A stretch of DNA of 64,000 bases, taken from contig OZ219815.1 in assembly GCA_964291235.2 (NCBI GenBank), positions 960,001-1,024,000 of the forward strand, given 5' to 3'. Origin of the DNA: Vicinamibacteria bacterium. GTDB lineage: Bacteria > Acidobacteriota > Vicinamibacteria > Marinacidobacterales > Marinacidobacteraceae. Below the pieces are notes generated by a model. That model was not told where the DNA came from and did not search any database. It worked only from the letters and a program-made list of their open reading frames with translations. The translations under genes were made by a program, and so were the position numbers. Below are positions 20,767 through 30,375 of this stretch, in pieces (positions within the stretch are counted from its first letter, which is position 1; every line of letters begins with the position of its first letter).

Positions 20767-21917
20767 ACGCGCAGGCGACGGAGCGGAGGTATGGGCTGGA
20801 GGTCTATCCCAAGCGGGATCTGACCCTGGTTCGCGGGAGGGGCGCGGAGGTCTGGGATGATCGGGGGCGGCGCTATCTCGACTGCGTGGGAGGCATCGGG
20901 GTGGCGAGTGTGGGACACGCCAACCCGTTCGTGGCTCAGGCGATCGCCGAGCAGGCGCGGATCCTGGTGACCTGTCCCGGCATCTTCTACAACGACCGGC
21001 GGGCGGAGCTGCTCCAGAAGCTCGTCTCCATCGCGCCGCCCGGGCTGACGCGCGCCTATCTCTGCAATTCGGGAGCGGAGGCCGTGGAAACGGCCTTCAA
21101 GTTCGCCCGGATCGCCACGGGCCGCACCGGCATCGTCTCGGCCATGCGCGGCTTCCACGGCCGCACCATGGGCGCTCTCAGCGCAACGTTCAAGAAGGAG
21201 TACCGGGAACCTTTCGCTCCGCTGGTGCCGGGGTTCGCCTTTGTCCCGTTCGGCGACACGGAGAAGATGCGCGCCGCGGTCGGCGACGCCACGGCCGCCG
21301 TAGTGTTGGAGCCCGTGCAGGGCGAGGGCGGCGTGCGGCCCGCCGATCCCGCCTATCTGGCCGCCGTCCGCGCCCTCTGCAAAGAGGCCGGCGCCCTGCT
21401 GATTCTCGACGAATCGCAGACCGGGTTCTGCCGCACCGGCAGGATGTTCGCCTGCGAGCACTACGGGGTCGAACCGGATCTGCTGTGTCTGGCCAAGGCC
21501 ATCGCCGGCGGGGTGCCGATGGGCGCGGTGCTGGCGGGTGACGGGTTGCCGCCGCTCGTCGGCAAGCACGGGACGACGTTCGGCGGAAACCCGCTGGCCT
21601 GCGCCGCCGCGCTCGCCGCCATCCGGTTCATGGAAGACGAACGGCTCGCGGAACGGGCGGCGCAGCTGGGCGACCGGTTTGGTGAGCGCCTCTCCCGCTA
21701 CCCGCTCGCCCGGGTGCGCGCCGTCCGGCGACTCGGCCTGATGATCGGGATCGAACTGCGCGAGCGTTGCCGTCCCTACCTGGAGCGGTTGCTGGAAGCG
21801 GGAGTGCTGGCACTGCCGGCCGGGGCGACCGTCATCCGGCTCCTGCCCCCGCTGGTGATCACCGAGGCGCAGGTGGACGAAGTCGCGGACGCGCTCGTCG
21901 CGGCGTTGGGATCCTGA
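20763..21917 (+). CDS. lysJ: [LysW]-aminoadipate semialdehyde transaminase (class III PLP)
   Basis: [45 protein letters not shown]. Confidence 0.92.
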   Translation: MNAQATERRYGLEVYPKRDLTLVRGRGAEVWDDRGRRYLDCVGGIGVASVGHANPFVAQAIAEQARILVTCPGIFYNDRRAELLQKLVSIAPPGLTRAYLCNSGAEAVETAFKFARIATGRTGIVSAMRGFHGRTMGALSATFKKEYREPFAPLVPGFAFVPFGDTEKMRAAVGDATAAVVLEPVQGEGGVRPADPAYLAAVRALCKEAGALLILDESQTGFCRTGRMFACEHYGVEPDLLCLAKAIAGGVPMGAVLAGDGLPPLVGKHGTTFGGNPLACAAALAAIRFMEDERLAERAAQLGDRFGERLSRYPLARVRAVRRLGLMIGIELRERCRPYLERLLEAGVLALPAGATVIRLLPPLVITEAQVDEVADALVAALGS

Positions 21918-21999
21918 CACCGCCAGCGGAACAGCGTCGTTCACCGGAAAGTAGGATCGAGGTGCTGGACGTTGCGTCCCGATCGCCCCGCGAGGCCTC

Positions 22000-22422
22000 A
22001 TGAAGCGTAGGAAACCAACCGGAAGAACAGCGCCCTCGATCCTGCCACGCGGCGACAGCAGGAAGCGGCTGCAGAAAAAAGCCCGGCGAGGCCTTCGGGG
22101 CTACCCCGTTGGCACTCTGGCCTTCTATGGACCGGACGACCGCCGGGCCTCCAAGGTGGTCGCGTCCATTGTGGAAGGCCCGGAGGAGGACCCCTCCGAG
22201 ATGCGCAAGTGGTTCGACGATCAGGAAGACCTACGCGATCGGACCGACATCCTTGACGAGGTGACCGAGTTCTTCGAGCGCTTCGGTGTCCTCAGTGTGG
22301 CGATGTCCGAGAGGATCATCGGATGTCCGCACCAGGAAGGGATCGACTACGAGGGACCGATCTGTCCAAAATGCCCATTCTGGGCCGGCCGCAACCGCTG
22401 GACCGGAGACATCGTCAACTAG
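22000..22422 (+). CDS. Hypothetical protein with C-terminal Cys cluster
   Basis: GYPVGTLAFYGPDD...IIGCPHQEGIDY..CPKCPFW; natural composition. Confidence 0.7.
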   Translation: MKRRKPTGRTAPSILPRGDSRKRLQKKARRGLRGYPVGTLAFYGPDDRRASKVVASIVEGPEEDPSEMRKWFDDQEDLRDRTDILDEVTEFFERFGVLSVAMSERIIGCPHQEGIDYEGPICPKCPFWAGRNRWTGDIVN

Positions 22423-22521
22423 CTCGCGGCATCCGCCAGGACGGTGCCGCAGCCCAGCAGGGTGGCGACGCGCCACTCCTGGACTTGCACGGCGACGCGC
22501 GGTCCCTGCTCGGGTTGGCGT

Positions 22522-22740
22522 GAGGAGCGCCGGCCTCTGGCCGGCATCGCTCCGCGCAGCGGAGCGAAACGCGCGTCGCTGCTCAGCCGCACGGCGCGCC
22601 GGTACCGGGGGCGTTTCGCCGTCGCCGTTTGGCTGGGTGTTGTGCGGCCGATGAGGTTCGTGAGTTTCGCGGCCTGCGGCCGCGATGCCGGCCGGAGGCC
22701 GGCGCTCCTCGCGCTCCTTGCCTGGAAGTCCGGCGTTCCA
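22522..22740. repeat. REP-like element: 29-bp inverted repeat plus a degenerate extra unit
   Basis: gaggagcgccggcctctggccggcatcgc (22522) pairs with gcgatgccggccggaggccggcgctcctc (to 22710), 28 of 29; related units at 14706, 22721 and 30361. Confidence 0.8.
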
Positions 22741-22809
22741 ACGGGTGATTCCCGTCGGGAGGGGAACCGTCCTGCGTCGATCTCTGCGGCGGAAGTAGGA
22801 GAAATCCGC

Positions 22810-23607
22810 TCAGGTCGGGCCGCGGCCCAGTCCCAGGTTCGTCTTGCCGCGGAAGGCGGTGTAGCCGTGCTCGCGCAGGAGCGCGCCGAGCGTGTCCTCG
22901 CCTTCGGGCCCGCAGCGGGTGGCGGCGCCAACCGAAATGATCGTCTCCGACTCGGCGGCGGCGGCCTCGACCTCTTTCATGACCTCGGGTACCTGCTCCA
23001 ACCGGACCTTGATTTCCACGATCGCGGAGAGGACGCGCTCGTTCAGCAGATCTTCCCGGATAGCTCCCGCCGCCACGTCGCTCATCAGGTTGGTGACCGG
23101 GTTCTTTTTTTCGAAGTGCACGCCGAGCGCCGCGAGGCGCCGGGTCACGCGGTCCATGTCGGCGAAACTGGCGGTCACCCCCGGTCGGCCGAACTCCACC
23201 GTCATCCCGCATTCGCCGACCGAAACCCGTCCGGTCACGTCATTCGTCTTGACTTCCTCGGTCCCGCGTCCGTGCACCCCGGTAGCTTCGTGGGAAACGA
23301 GCGGGTCGCTGAAAGCGCGGCGCACCACGCGCGGCCAGGCGAGTTCTTCGGGCTCGATCGCTGACGTCGGGCAGATGTCCGGTTCCGGATCGAAGCGGAG
23401 CCGCATCCAGCCGAGCACCCGCCGGACGGTCCGGATGAGCGTCGGGTTCAGCCGTTCGGTGCTGAGCCCTCGATAACACGTGTAGCACTCGACGCATTGG
23501 TCGCTGTTCACGACCGCGCGTCCGTCGTCGCCGATACTGATCGCCGACACCGGACAGACGGCCACGCAGTTTCCGCAGCCGACGCAACGGCTTTTCGAGA
23601 TCCGCAT
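22810..23607 (-). CDS. 4Fe-4S dicluster protein with an uncharacterised C-terminal domain
   Basis: CVGCGNCVAVCP; CVECYTC...CPTSAI; GRGTEEVKTNDVTGR. Confidence 0.85.
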   Translation of the reverse strand: MRISKSRCVGCGNCVAVCPVSAISIGDDGRAVVNSDQCVECYTCYRGLSTERLNPTLIRTVRRVLGWMRLRFDPEPDICPTSAIEPEELAWPRVVRRAFSDPLVSHEATGVHGRGTEEVKTNDVTGRVSVGECGMTVEFGRPGVTASFADMDRVTRRLAALGVHFEKKNPVTNLMSDVAAGAIREDLLNERVLSAIVEIKVRLEQVPEVMKEVEAAAAESETIISVGAATRCGPEGEDTLGALLREHGYTAFRGKTNLGLGRGPT

Positions 23608-23610
23608 GGA

Positions 23611-24945
23611 TCAGTCGGACGTTTCCCTCGTCTCCAGAGTGTATTCGCCCAGGTGGCTGATGACCTCTTCGCCCATGAGGTAGCGAAGCGTGTTGGTCAG
23701 CTTCTTCCGTTGGATGAAGAGGTCGTGCTCGGGATACACGCCCGGCGGGCTCATGGGGCTCTTGAAGAAAAACGAGAGCCACTCCTGGATCCCGCGCAGC
23801 CCGGCACGGGAGGCGAGGTCGAGGAACAGGGCGAGGTCAAGCACCAGGGGGGCGGCGAGGATGGAATCGCGGCAGAGGAAATCGACCTTGATCTGCATCT
23901 CGTAGCCGAGCCAGCCAAAGATATCGATGTTGTCCCACCCCTCCTTGTTGTCGCGGCGCGGCGGGTAATAGTTGATGCGGACCTTGTGGTAGAGATCCTT
24001 GTACAGGTCGGGATACATGTCCGGCTGGAGGATGTACTCCAGGACGCTCAGCTTGCTTTCTTCCTTGGTCTTGAACGAACCGGGATCATCGAGCACCTCC
24101 CCGTCCCGATTGCCGAGGATGTTGGTGGAAAACCAACCACTGAGGCCCAGCATCCTGGCCTTCAGGCCTGGGGCCAGGATCGTCTTCATCAGCGTTTGCC
24201 CGGTCTTGAAGTCCTTGCCGCCTACGGGGACGCCGTTCGCCGAGGCCAGTTCCCGGAGCGCCGGAATGTCGGCGCTGAGGTTCGGCGCTCCATTGGCGTA
24301 GGGGACGCCGCACTTCAGGGCGGCGTATGCGTAGATCATGCTGGGCGCAATGTCGGGCGAATTGCTCCGGAGGCCCTGCTCGAAGGTCTCGAGATCCCGG
24401 TGAACGGGCGCCTCGGCCAGGAAGGTCTCGGTGGAGCCGCACCAGATCATCACCGCGCGGGCAGCCCCCGATGATTGCCGGGCGCTTTCGATGTCCTCGA
24501 TGAGCTGTTTCGCCAGGTCCATCTTGTTGGCGCCCGTTTTGACGAACGAACCGTCGAGCTTCTTCACGAAATCGCGATCGAAGACTGCCGGCATCGGCCG
24601 AATGCCGGCAAGTTCGTCCCTGACGGCGTCGAGCAGGGCCGGCTCGAGCACGCCGGCCTTTTGCGCCGCCGTATAGGCGTCGTCCTCGAACAGGTCCCAC
24701 CCGGCGAAGGAGAGATCCTCGATCGGGACAATGGGCACAAAGTCCCGAATCAACGGGGTCCGGCCTTCCGTGCGTTTGCCCAGCCGGATCGTTCCCATCT
24801 GAGTCACCGACCCGATGGGTGCAGCCAAGCCCTTTCGAATTGCGTGAATACCAGCGATGAACGTAGTGCTGACGGCTCCCAGGCCGGGGAGCAGCACGAT
24901 GAGGCCACCATCTGCAGGCTGGACCGTAAATCCCGTTTTTGTCAT
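23611..24945 (-). CDS. ino1: Inositol-3-phosphate synthase
   Basis: GLGAVSTT, WCGSTE, GKDFKTGQT, STNILGNRDG, CRDSILAAP. Confidence 0.95.
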   Translation of the reverse strand: MTKTGFTVQPADGGLIVLLPGLGAVSTTFIAGIHAIRKGLAAPIGSVTQMGTIRLGKRTEGRTPLIRDFVPIVPIEDLSFAGWDLFEDDAYTAAQKAGVLEPALLDAVRDELAGIRPMPAVFDRDFVKKLDGSFVKTGANKMDLAKQLIEDIESARQSSGAARAVMIWCGSTETFLAEAPVHRDLETFEQGLRSNSPDIAPSMIYAYAALKCGVPYANGAPNLSADIPALRELASANGVPVGGKDFKTGQTLMKTILAPGLKARMLGLSGWFSTNILGNRDGEVLDDPGSFKTKEESKLSVLEYILQPDMYPDLYKDLYHKVRINYYPPRRDNKEGWDNIDIFGWLGYEMQIKVDFLCRDSILAAPLVLDLALFLDLASRAGLRGIQEWLSFFFKSPMSPPGVYPEHDLFIQRKKLTNTLRYLMGEEVISHLGEYTLETRETSD

Positions 24946-25153
24946 AAGGGCGGCGGATTCTACGGCAACGACCGTTACCCGCTCCCCGTGACCCGCGCCG
25001 GCGGTGCGATCCTTCGAACGACGAAACGCTATTCTGCCCCTCCTAGGAGTTTGTCCCGGCCATGTCACGCGCATCGAGGCAGGCGAGCGCCCGTTCTCCC
25101 GGTGAGCCGTGAACCTGCCGGAACAGGCTCCTGAGGTTTTCCGGCTGCCATTC

Positions 25154-26653
25154 ATGCGTCGCGGCGCCTTCCGTTTTCGGCTGTTCCTCCTCGCTCTGGG
25201 ATTGGTGGGCTCTGCATGGATCGCGGCGCCGGGGAAGAGCTCTTTCGCGCGGGGAGCCCAGCGCTCTCCCGAGCTCTGGATCATCGATCAGGGTGACGCC
25301 ACCGCCCTCGCGGTGAGGAGGCTCGGGGGCGTGGAGATGGTGCGCCTCGCCGAGGTGGCCGCGGCTCTCGGCGGCACGGTCCGGCCGGGAGAAAACGAGC
25401 GGCAGGCGGTGCTCCGCTTGCCGAACGAAATGCTCCGTCTCGATGCGGGAGGCAGTTTTGTCAGGGTCGGCGACAGCACCCGGGTTCTCAGAAATCCGAG
25501 CGTGCGCCGTGGCGGGGAGTGGTTCGTACCGCTGGACTTCGTCTCCCTGGTCCTGCCGGACATCCTTCCGGGCCGTACGCGCTACGACACGAACACGAGG
25601 ACGCTGGCGGTCGGTGAGGGATATCCCCGGCTCGAGGTCGAAGTCGCCAGCCGCCCGGGAGCCACCCGGGTGCTCGTGCGCACGGACCCGCCGGTTCCCC
25701 TGGAAATCGAACAGGGTCGGCGCCGGGTCTCGGTTCTGGTGCAGACGGCCTTCGTCGAGACCTCCTTCGCGGCAGCCACGCCGCAGGATGGCGTGGTGGA
25801 GAGCGTGAGACTCATTCGCCGGGGAAGTGGCTACATCCTCGATATCAATACCGGGCGCAACTACGGCCGTTTTCTCCAGGAGCGGGCTCCCGGCGCCGTG
25901 ACGCTCAATCTGATCCGCGCCGGCGTCCGCGCGGGGTCTGGAGCCGATGTCCTGGCGGTCAGGCCGGCCCCGGAGGCGCGGCGCCGCCGGGATCCGGTCG
26001 GGCCCGCGGAAATCCGCACGATCGCCATCGATCCGGGTCACGGGGGACAAAACCGGGGGGCCAGCGGTCGCGGCGGGGTCACGGAGAAGGACGTGGCGCT
26101 GTCGGTGGCGCTCGCGCTCGGTGATCTCCTCGAACGCGAACAGGGTTTTCGGGTGGTGCTGACCCGGGATTCGGATCGCGAGGTTGGCCTGGATGACCGG
26201 GTCGCTGCCGCCAACATGGCCCGGGCCGATGTCCTCATCAGCATTCACCTGAACGCTTCCCCCAGCCCGGCGGCCTCCGGGAGCTTCGTGTATCACCTCG
26301 CCCCGCAGGCGACGGGCCGCGCTCCGGCGGACGATGCGGTTCACTTCGTCCCGTGGAGCAGCGCGCAAGCGCCTTTTGTTTCCGCTTCGCGGCTGCTCGC
26401 GGAGGCGGTGGCCACCGAACTGGAAGGGCTCGAAATCACTGCCGGAGGGGTTGCCGATGCGCCGGTGAGGGTTCTGCGCGGAGCGGCGATGCCCGCGGTG
26501 CAGGTCGAACTCGGGTTCGTGACCTCCGGGCGTGACCTGTCGCTGCTCTCGGATCCGGGATTCCCGGCCCGGGCGGCGCGAGCCCTTGCCGCGGGGATTC
26601 TCCGGTACCAGCGTTCGCTTGCGGGCATCAGGCCCACGGGGGACTCGCGTTGA
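25154..26653 (+). CDS. N-acetylmuramoyl-L-alanine amidase (Amidase_3) with N-terminal stalk domains
   Basis: IDPGHGG, EKDVAL, VLTR, SIHLNA, VELGF; signal peptide. Confidence 0.92.
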   Translation: MRRGAFRFRLFLLALGLVGSAWIAAPGKSSFARGAQRSPELWIIDQGDATALAVRRLGGVEMVRLAEVAAALGGTVRPGENERQAVLRLPNEMLRLDAGGSFVRVGDSTRVLRNPSVRRGGEWFVPLDFVSLVLPDILPGRTRYDTNTRTLAVGEGYPRLEVEVASRPGATRVLVRTDPPVPLEIEQGRRRVSVLVQTAFVETSFAAATPQDGVVESVRLIRRGSGYILDINTGRNYGRFLQERAPGAVTLNLIRAGVRAGSGADVLAVRPAPEARRRRDPVGPAEIRTIAIDPGHGGQNRGASGRGGVTEKDVALSVALALGDLLEREQGFRVVLTRDSDREVGLDDRVAAANMARADVLISIHLNASPSPAASGSFVYHLAPQATGRAPADDAVHFVPWSSAQAPFVSASRLLAEAVATELEGLEITAGGVADAPVRVLRGAAMPAVQVELGFVTSGRDLSLLSDPGFPARAARALAAGILRYQRSLAGIRPTGDSR

Positions 26654-27267
26654 GTTCCGGGCGGAGCCGCGGGTCCCTTCAAGCAGCCTTGGCCCTGGCC
26701 GCGAGTCTGGGGGGGCTGGCGACCTGTGGCCCCCTTCCCGCCGGAGACTCCGACCAGGCGTCCGCTCCCGGCGGTGCGGCGCCGGGCGCCGGGGCCACCA
26801 CGGAAAGCGCCGCGGCGCCCGGCGGTCAGGATCAGGATCGACGCGACGCGGCGCGGCTGTTCACGGCGGGCCCGGACGGCCTCCTCCATCTCCAGGAGGT
26901 GGAACTCCCGCGGTTTTCCACGACCCGCGGCCGCGCCGAGGCGCTCGTCCAGAAAATCGTCGCGGAGTCTGGGACGTTTCCCGAGGAGGTGCAGGTTCTG
27001 GATGTGTTCGTGAGTGGCCGCGGGGTCGCGGTCATCAACTTCACGCTCGACCTGCTCGAGGGACACTCCGGCGGCCTGCATGCCGAGGAGTTGACGGTGT
27101 ACAGCCTGAGTCACACGCTGGTCGAGAGCCTTCCGGCAATCGCGGAGGTGCGGCTCCTCGTTGAGGGGCAGGAAACCGAGACCCTGGCGGGTCATCTCGA
27201 CCTCCGTTCGGGGTTCGGGCGGGCTCCGGAGCGGTTGTTGGCCGATTCCGACGGCGGTCGCGGGTGA
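26650..27267 (+). CDS. GerMN domain protein
   Basis: HSGGLHAEELTVYSLSHTL...VRLLVEGQETETLAGHLDL. Confidence 0.85.
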   Translation: MSSGRSRGSLQAALALAASLGGLATCGPLPAGDSDQASAPGGAAPGAGATTESAAAPGGQDQDRRDAARLFTAGPDGLLHLQEVELPRFSTTRGRAEALVQKIVAESGTFPEEVQVLDVFVSGRGVAVINFTLDLLEGHSGGLHAEELTVYSLSHTLVESLPAIAEVRLLVEGQETETLAGHLDLRSGFGRAPERLLADSDGGRG

Positions 27268-27989
27268 AACGGGGCGGCGGACGCGGGGCGCGGGAGATCC
27301 GCGACCTCGGGCTCCAGACCGGGTTCCTGCGGCGCACCCCTGGCTCGGTTCTCGTCCGGCAGGGAGGCACCCGCGTGCTCAGCGCGGTCAGTATCGAAGA
27401 AAGCGTGCCCGCGTGGCTGCGCGGGCGAGGGCGCGGCTGGCTGACCGCCGAGTACGGAATGTTGCCGCTCTCTTCGGGGGAACGAATTCGGCGGGACCGG
27501 GGTGGGGTTCCCGGCCGCACCGCGGAAATCCAGCGCCTGATCGGCCGTTCGCTGCGGGCCGCCGTTGACCTCCCGCTCCTCGGCGAAAGAACGGTCCGGG
27601 TGGATTGTGACGTGATCGAAGCCGACGGCGGTACCCGGACGGCTTCCGTCACCGGCGCCTTTGTCGCGCTCGCCCTCGCCCTGCATCGGCTCTCCAGCCG
27701 GGGCGATTTGTCCGAAAATCCGCTGCGTCGCCAGATCGCGGCGGTGAGCGTCGGGGTGGTGAAGGGGGAAGTGCTCCTCGATCTGGACTACGCGGAGGAT
27801 TCCCGGGCGTCCGTGGACTTGACCGTGGTGGCGACGGCGGCGGGTGAGCTGATCGAAGTCCAGGGCGCAGCCGAAGCCGCCCCGTTTGGGCGAAAGACCC
27901 TGAACGAGCTCCTCGACGTGGCGCTCGAGGGAATCGCGACCCTGGCGGCGCGTCAGCGCGCCGTGTTGGCCGGGATTCCGCTGCCCTGA
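27264..27989 (+). CDS. rph: Ribonuclease PH
   Basis: GWLTAEYGMLP, EIQRLIGRSLRA, ADGGTRTASVTG, DLDYAEDS. Confidence 0.97.
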   Translation: MKRGGGRGAREIRDLGLQTGFLRRTPGSVLVRQGGTRVLSAVSIEESVPAWLRGRGRGWLTAEYGMLPLSSGERIRRDRGGVPGRTAEIQRLIGRSLRAAVDLPLLGERTVRVDCDVIEADGGTRTASVTGAFVALALALHRLSSRGDLSENPLRRQIAAVSVGVVKGEVLLDLDYAEDSRASVDLTVVATAAGELIEVQGAAEAAPFGRKTLNELLDVALEGIATLAARQRAVLAGIPLP

Positions 27990-28037
27990 CCCACGGCGGG
28001 GGCCCGGGCTCTGTCGCCCGCGCCCGGGCTGGTGGCG

Positions 28038-29039
28038 TCAGTTCACCAGACCCGACAGCCAGTGGAGCGTGTTGAGCACGAACTGACGGTTGTCGTAGCC
28101 GGGCACGTTCATTCCGGCGCGTGTCGTTCTCGCCGGATCGTCGAACCTGGTGACCTGCGCCGACAGCATGGCGGCCTCGCCGAGCACCACCACCCTCCCC
28201 TCGCCAAACGTCAGGGCGATGCCCTGAGCCCGTCCGCGAGCGGGCACCGAGAGCCGTTCGACAACGTCGTCGACCGAAGGCGTCCGATTGGTGACCGCCG
28301 CCCGGACGGCTTCCAGGTCGGTCCGATTCCGTGACTCACGGGCGGAGTCGCTGAGTTTCATCAGCACCGTCGCGCCCGGGGGAACGCCCAGACTCTGACC
28401 CGAAAACGCCTTCAGGGTCGTCACCAGCTCCGACGGGTCGCGACCGCTCAGCAGCGGATGGGATCCGAGCAGCCCGTTCTCGCGTGAAGTCACGAACCGC
28501 GTCGCGATCGAGGCGCCCGACTCGCGAAAGTCCCACACCCAACCCTTGCCCATGGTGACCCCGAAGCGTCCGGCGAGGTTTTCGGCCGCACTTCCGAACG
28601 GGGCGTGGTCCGCGATCAGCAGCAGGGACCCGCCTTCCGAAACCCAGCCGGCGACGGCGTCCGATTCCTCTTCGGTGAGCGCCGGAGTGCCGGGAGCGGC
28701 CCCGGCCGGAGGCAGGGCATTCGAAATCACGAGGATGTCCACGGTTCCGAGGGCGTCCTGGTCAAAGGCGGCCGTTCCGGGCACCACCGTGTAGCCGTCG
28801 TTTCGCAACAACTCCGCGAATGGCCGATAGCGTCCCGTCGCGGTGTGGAAGTTCGCATGCGCTTCGTCGATAACCACGACCGGCCCTCCGGAGGAGTAGG
28901 CCGGCCGCTCCACGGCAGCATCGAAGTCCGGGTCCGAGGTTTGGGATTGGGCGCCCGCGGCCGCGGGCTGAGCTGCGAACGCGGCCGCCGCGCATAGCAG
29001 CGGAACGATCCTGATGGTCGGCAGCATTGGAACCTCCAT
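28038..29039 (-). CDS. Secreted GATase1-like/DUF4350-type protein
   Basis: Signal peptide; IDEAHANFHT, GGSLLLIADHAPFG, GRVVVLGEAAM, DNRQFVLN. Confidence 0.75.
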   Translation of the reverse strand: MEVPMLPTIRIVPLLCAAAAFAAQPAAAGAQSQTSDPDFDAAVERPAYSSGGPVVVIDEAHANFHTATGRYRPFAELLRNDGYTVVPGTAAFDQDALGTVDILVISNALPPAGAAPGTPALTEEESDAVAGWVSEGGSLLLIADHAPFGSAAENLAGRFGVTMGKGWVWDFRESGASIATRFVTSRENGLLGSHPLLSGRDPSELVTTLKAFSGQSLGVPPGATVLMKLSDSARESRNRTDLEAVRAAVTNRTPSVDDVVERLSVPARGRAQGIALTFGEGRVVVLGEAAMLSAQVTRFDDPARTTRAGMNVPGYDNRQFVLNTLHWLSGLVN

Positions 29040-29127
29040 GCGGCAGTCAGCAACCGGCCCGCCCCTGCCCGATCCGCCGGGGGTCTTGACGAGCGGCGCC
29101 GCGCTGGCGATCGTAGAGTGTTAGATC

Positions 29128-29751
29128 ATGCCGACCCTCCTGCTCGCCACCGGCAACCCGGGGAAGGTGCGGGAAATGCGCGCGGCTCTGGCGGGAGCCG
29201 GAGTCCGCCTCCTGGGCCTTCCCGACCTCGCCGGGCCGCCGCCGGAAGAACCGGAGGAGACAGGGGAGGGATTCCTCGCCAATGCCGGCATCAAGGCGCT
29301 CCACTACCAGGCGGCCACCGGGATTCCGGCGCTCGCCGAAGATTCGGGGCTCGAGGTGGATGCCCTGGATGGTGAGCCGGGCGTCCGCTCCGCCCGGTGG
29401 TTGGGCCGCGATACCCCCTACCCGGAGAAAAACGGCCACCTGCTCGACCTGCTCGCCGCCACCCCGGTCGAAGGCCGGGGAGCCCGCTACCGATCGGCGG
29501 TGGCGATCGCGGTGGCGGGCCGGATCGTCTTCCGGTCCACCGGCACGGTGGAGGGACGGATTGCCGACGCCCCGCGCGGGAGTGGCGGCTTTGGCTACGA
29601 CCCGGTGTTCCTGGTGCCGGAATACAGCAGGACGATGGCGGAATTGACCCTTGAGGAGAAGGAGCGGATCAGCCACCGGGGACAGGCTCTTGGTCCCGTA
29701 CGCCGGTTCCTGAAAGCTGCTTTCGCGACCCACCCACCTATAATCCCGTAG
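29128..29751 (+). CDS. rdgB: Non-canonical purine NTP pyrophosphatase (Ham1 family)
   Basis: ATGNPGK, EDSGLEV, PGVRSAR, GFGYDPVF, ISHRG. Confidence 0.95.
   Translation: MPTLLLATGNPGKVREMRAALAGAGVRLLGLPDLAGPPPEEPEETGEGFLANAGIKALHYQAATGIPALAEDSGLEVDALDGEPGVRSARWLGRDTPYPEKNGHLLDLLAATPVEGRGARYRSAVAIAVAGRIVFRSTGTVEGRIADAPRGSGGFGYDPVFLVPEYSRTMAELTLEEKERISHRGQALGPVRRFLKAAFATHPPIIP
29739..29744 (+). promoter_or_regulatory. Sigma70 -10 box for the tRNA operon
   Basis: Perfect TATAAT 12 nt upstream of tRNA-Pro in a GC-rich context; no clear -35. Confidence 0.55.
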
Positions 29752-29756
29752 TTTCT

Positions 29757-29830
29757 CGGGGCGTGGCGCAGTCTGGCAGCGCGCCTGCTTTGGGAGCAGG
29801 AAGCCGGAGGTTCAAATCCTCTCGCCCCGA
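29757..29830 (+). tRNA. tRNA-Pro(TGG)
   Basis: Acceptor cggggcg/cgccccg; anticodon arm cctgc-tttggga-gcagg; GGTTCAAATCC. Confidence 0.97.
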
Positions 29831-29882
29831 CGAGCGGGCGCCTCGCGGTCGCTCAGGGCCGGCCCGATCACGAAGCGCGGGA

Positions 29883-29959
29883 GCGCCAGTAGCTCAGTAG
29901 GACAGAGCGGCGGCCTTCTAAGCCGCGGGTCGGGGGTTCGAATCCTCCCTGGCGCGCCA
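29883..29959 (+). tRNA. tRNA-Arg(TCT)
   Basis: Anticodon arm gcggc-cttctaa-gccgc; GTTCGAATC; encoded CCA. Confidence 0.97.
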
Positions 29960-29980
29960 GCCGGTGGCCGCTCTTTCGAC

Positions 29981-30053
29981 GGTGGATGTAGCTCAATGGC
30001 AGAGCACCGGATTGTGGTTCCGGTGGTTGGGGGTTCGAGTCCCCTCATCCACC
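29981..30053 (+). tRNA. tRNA-His(GTG)
   Basis: G-1, anticodon arm ccgga-ttgtggt-tccgg, GTTCGAGTC, C discriminator. Confidence 0.97.
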
Positions 30054-30059
30054 CGTCGA

Positions 30060-30141
30060 GCGGTTTCCGGACGGGGCCGTGGACCTGAACTGAGATAGAA
30101 CCCTCCGTTGTTTTTGGCTGAGGGCCCCGTCCGGAAACCGC
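30060..30141. repeat. Perfect 19-bp inverted repeat after tRNA-His
   Basis: gcggtttccggacggggcc ... ggccccgtccggaaaccgc. Confidence 0.8.
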
Positions 30142-30375
30142 CCGGCGCTGCGCGCCGGCAACCGCAACTCCCTTGCGCGCCTTCGGCGCGCGGCGGCGAG
30201 TTCCGGTTGGTCGTTGTCTTTTTGTGAAAGGGGGGTGCCCCCTTTCACACTTTCCCCCGAATCGGCGGGCGGCGAACCCGAGGTTCGCCACCATTTCTTT
30301 TTTCTCGGTGGCGCAAAGGCGCGGGAACCCCGGCCCCCAGCCCCGACAGCACTCCGGCACGGGAGCGCCGGTCTC

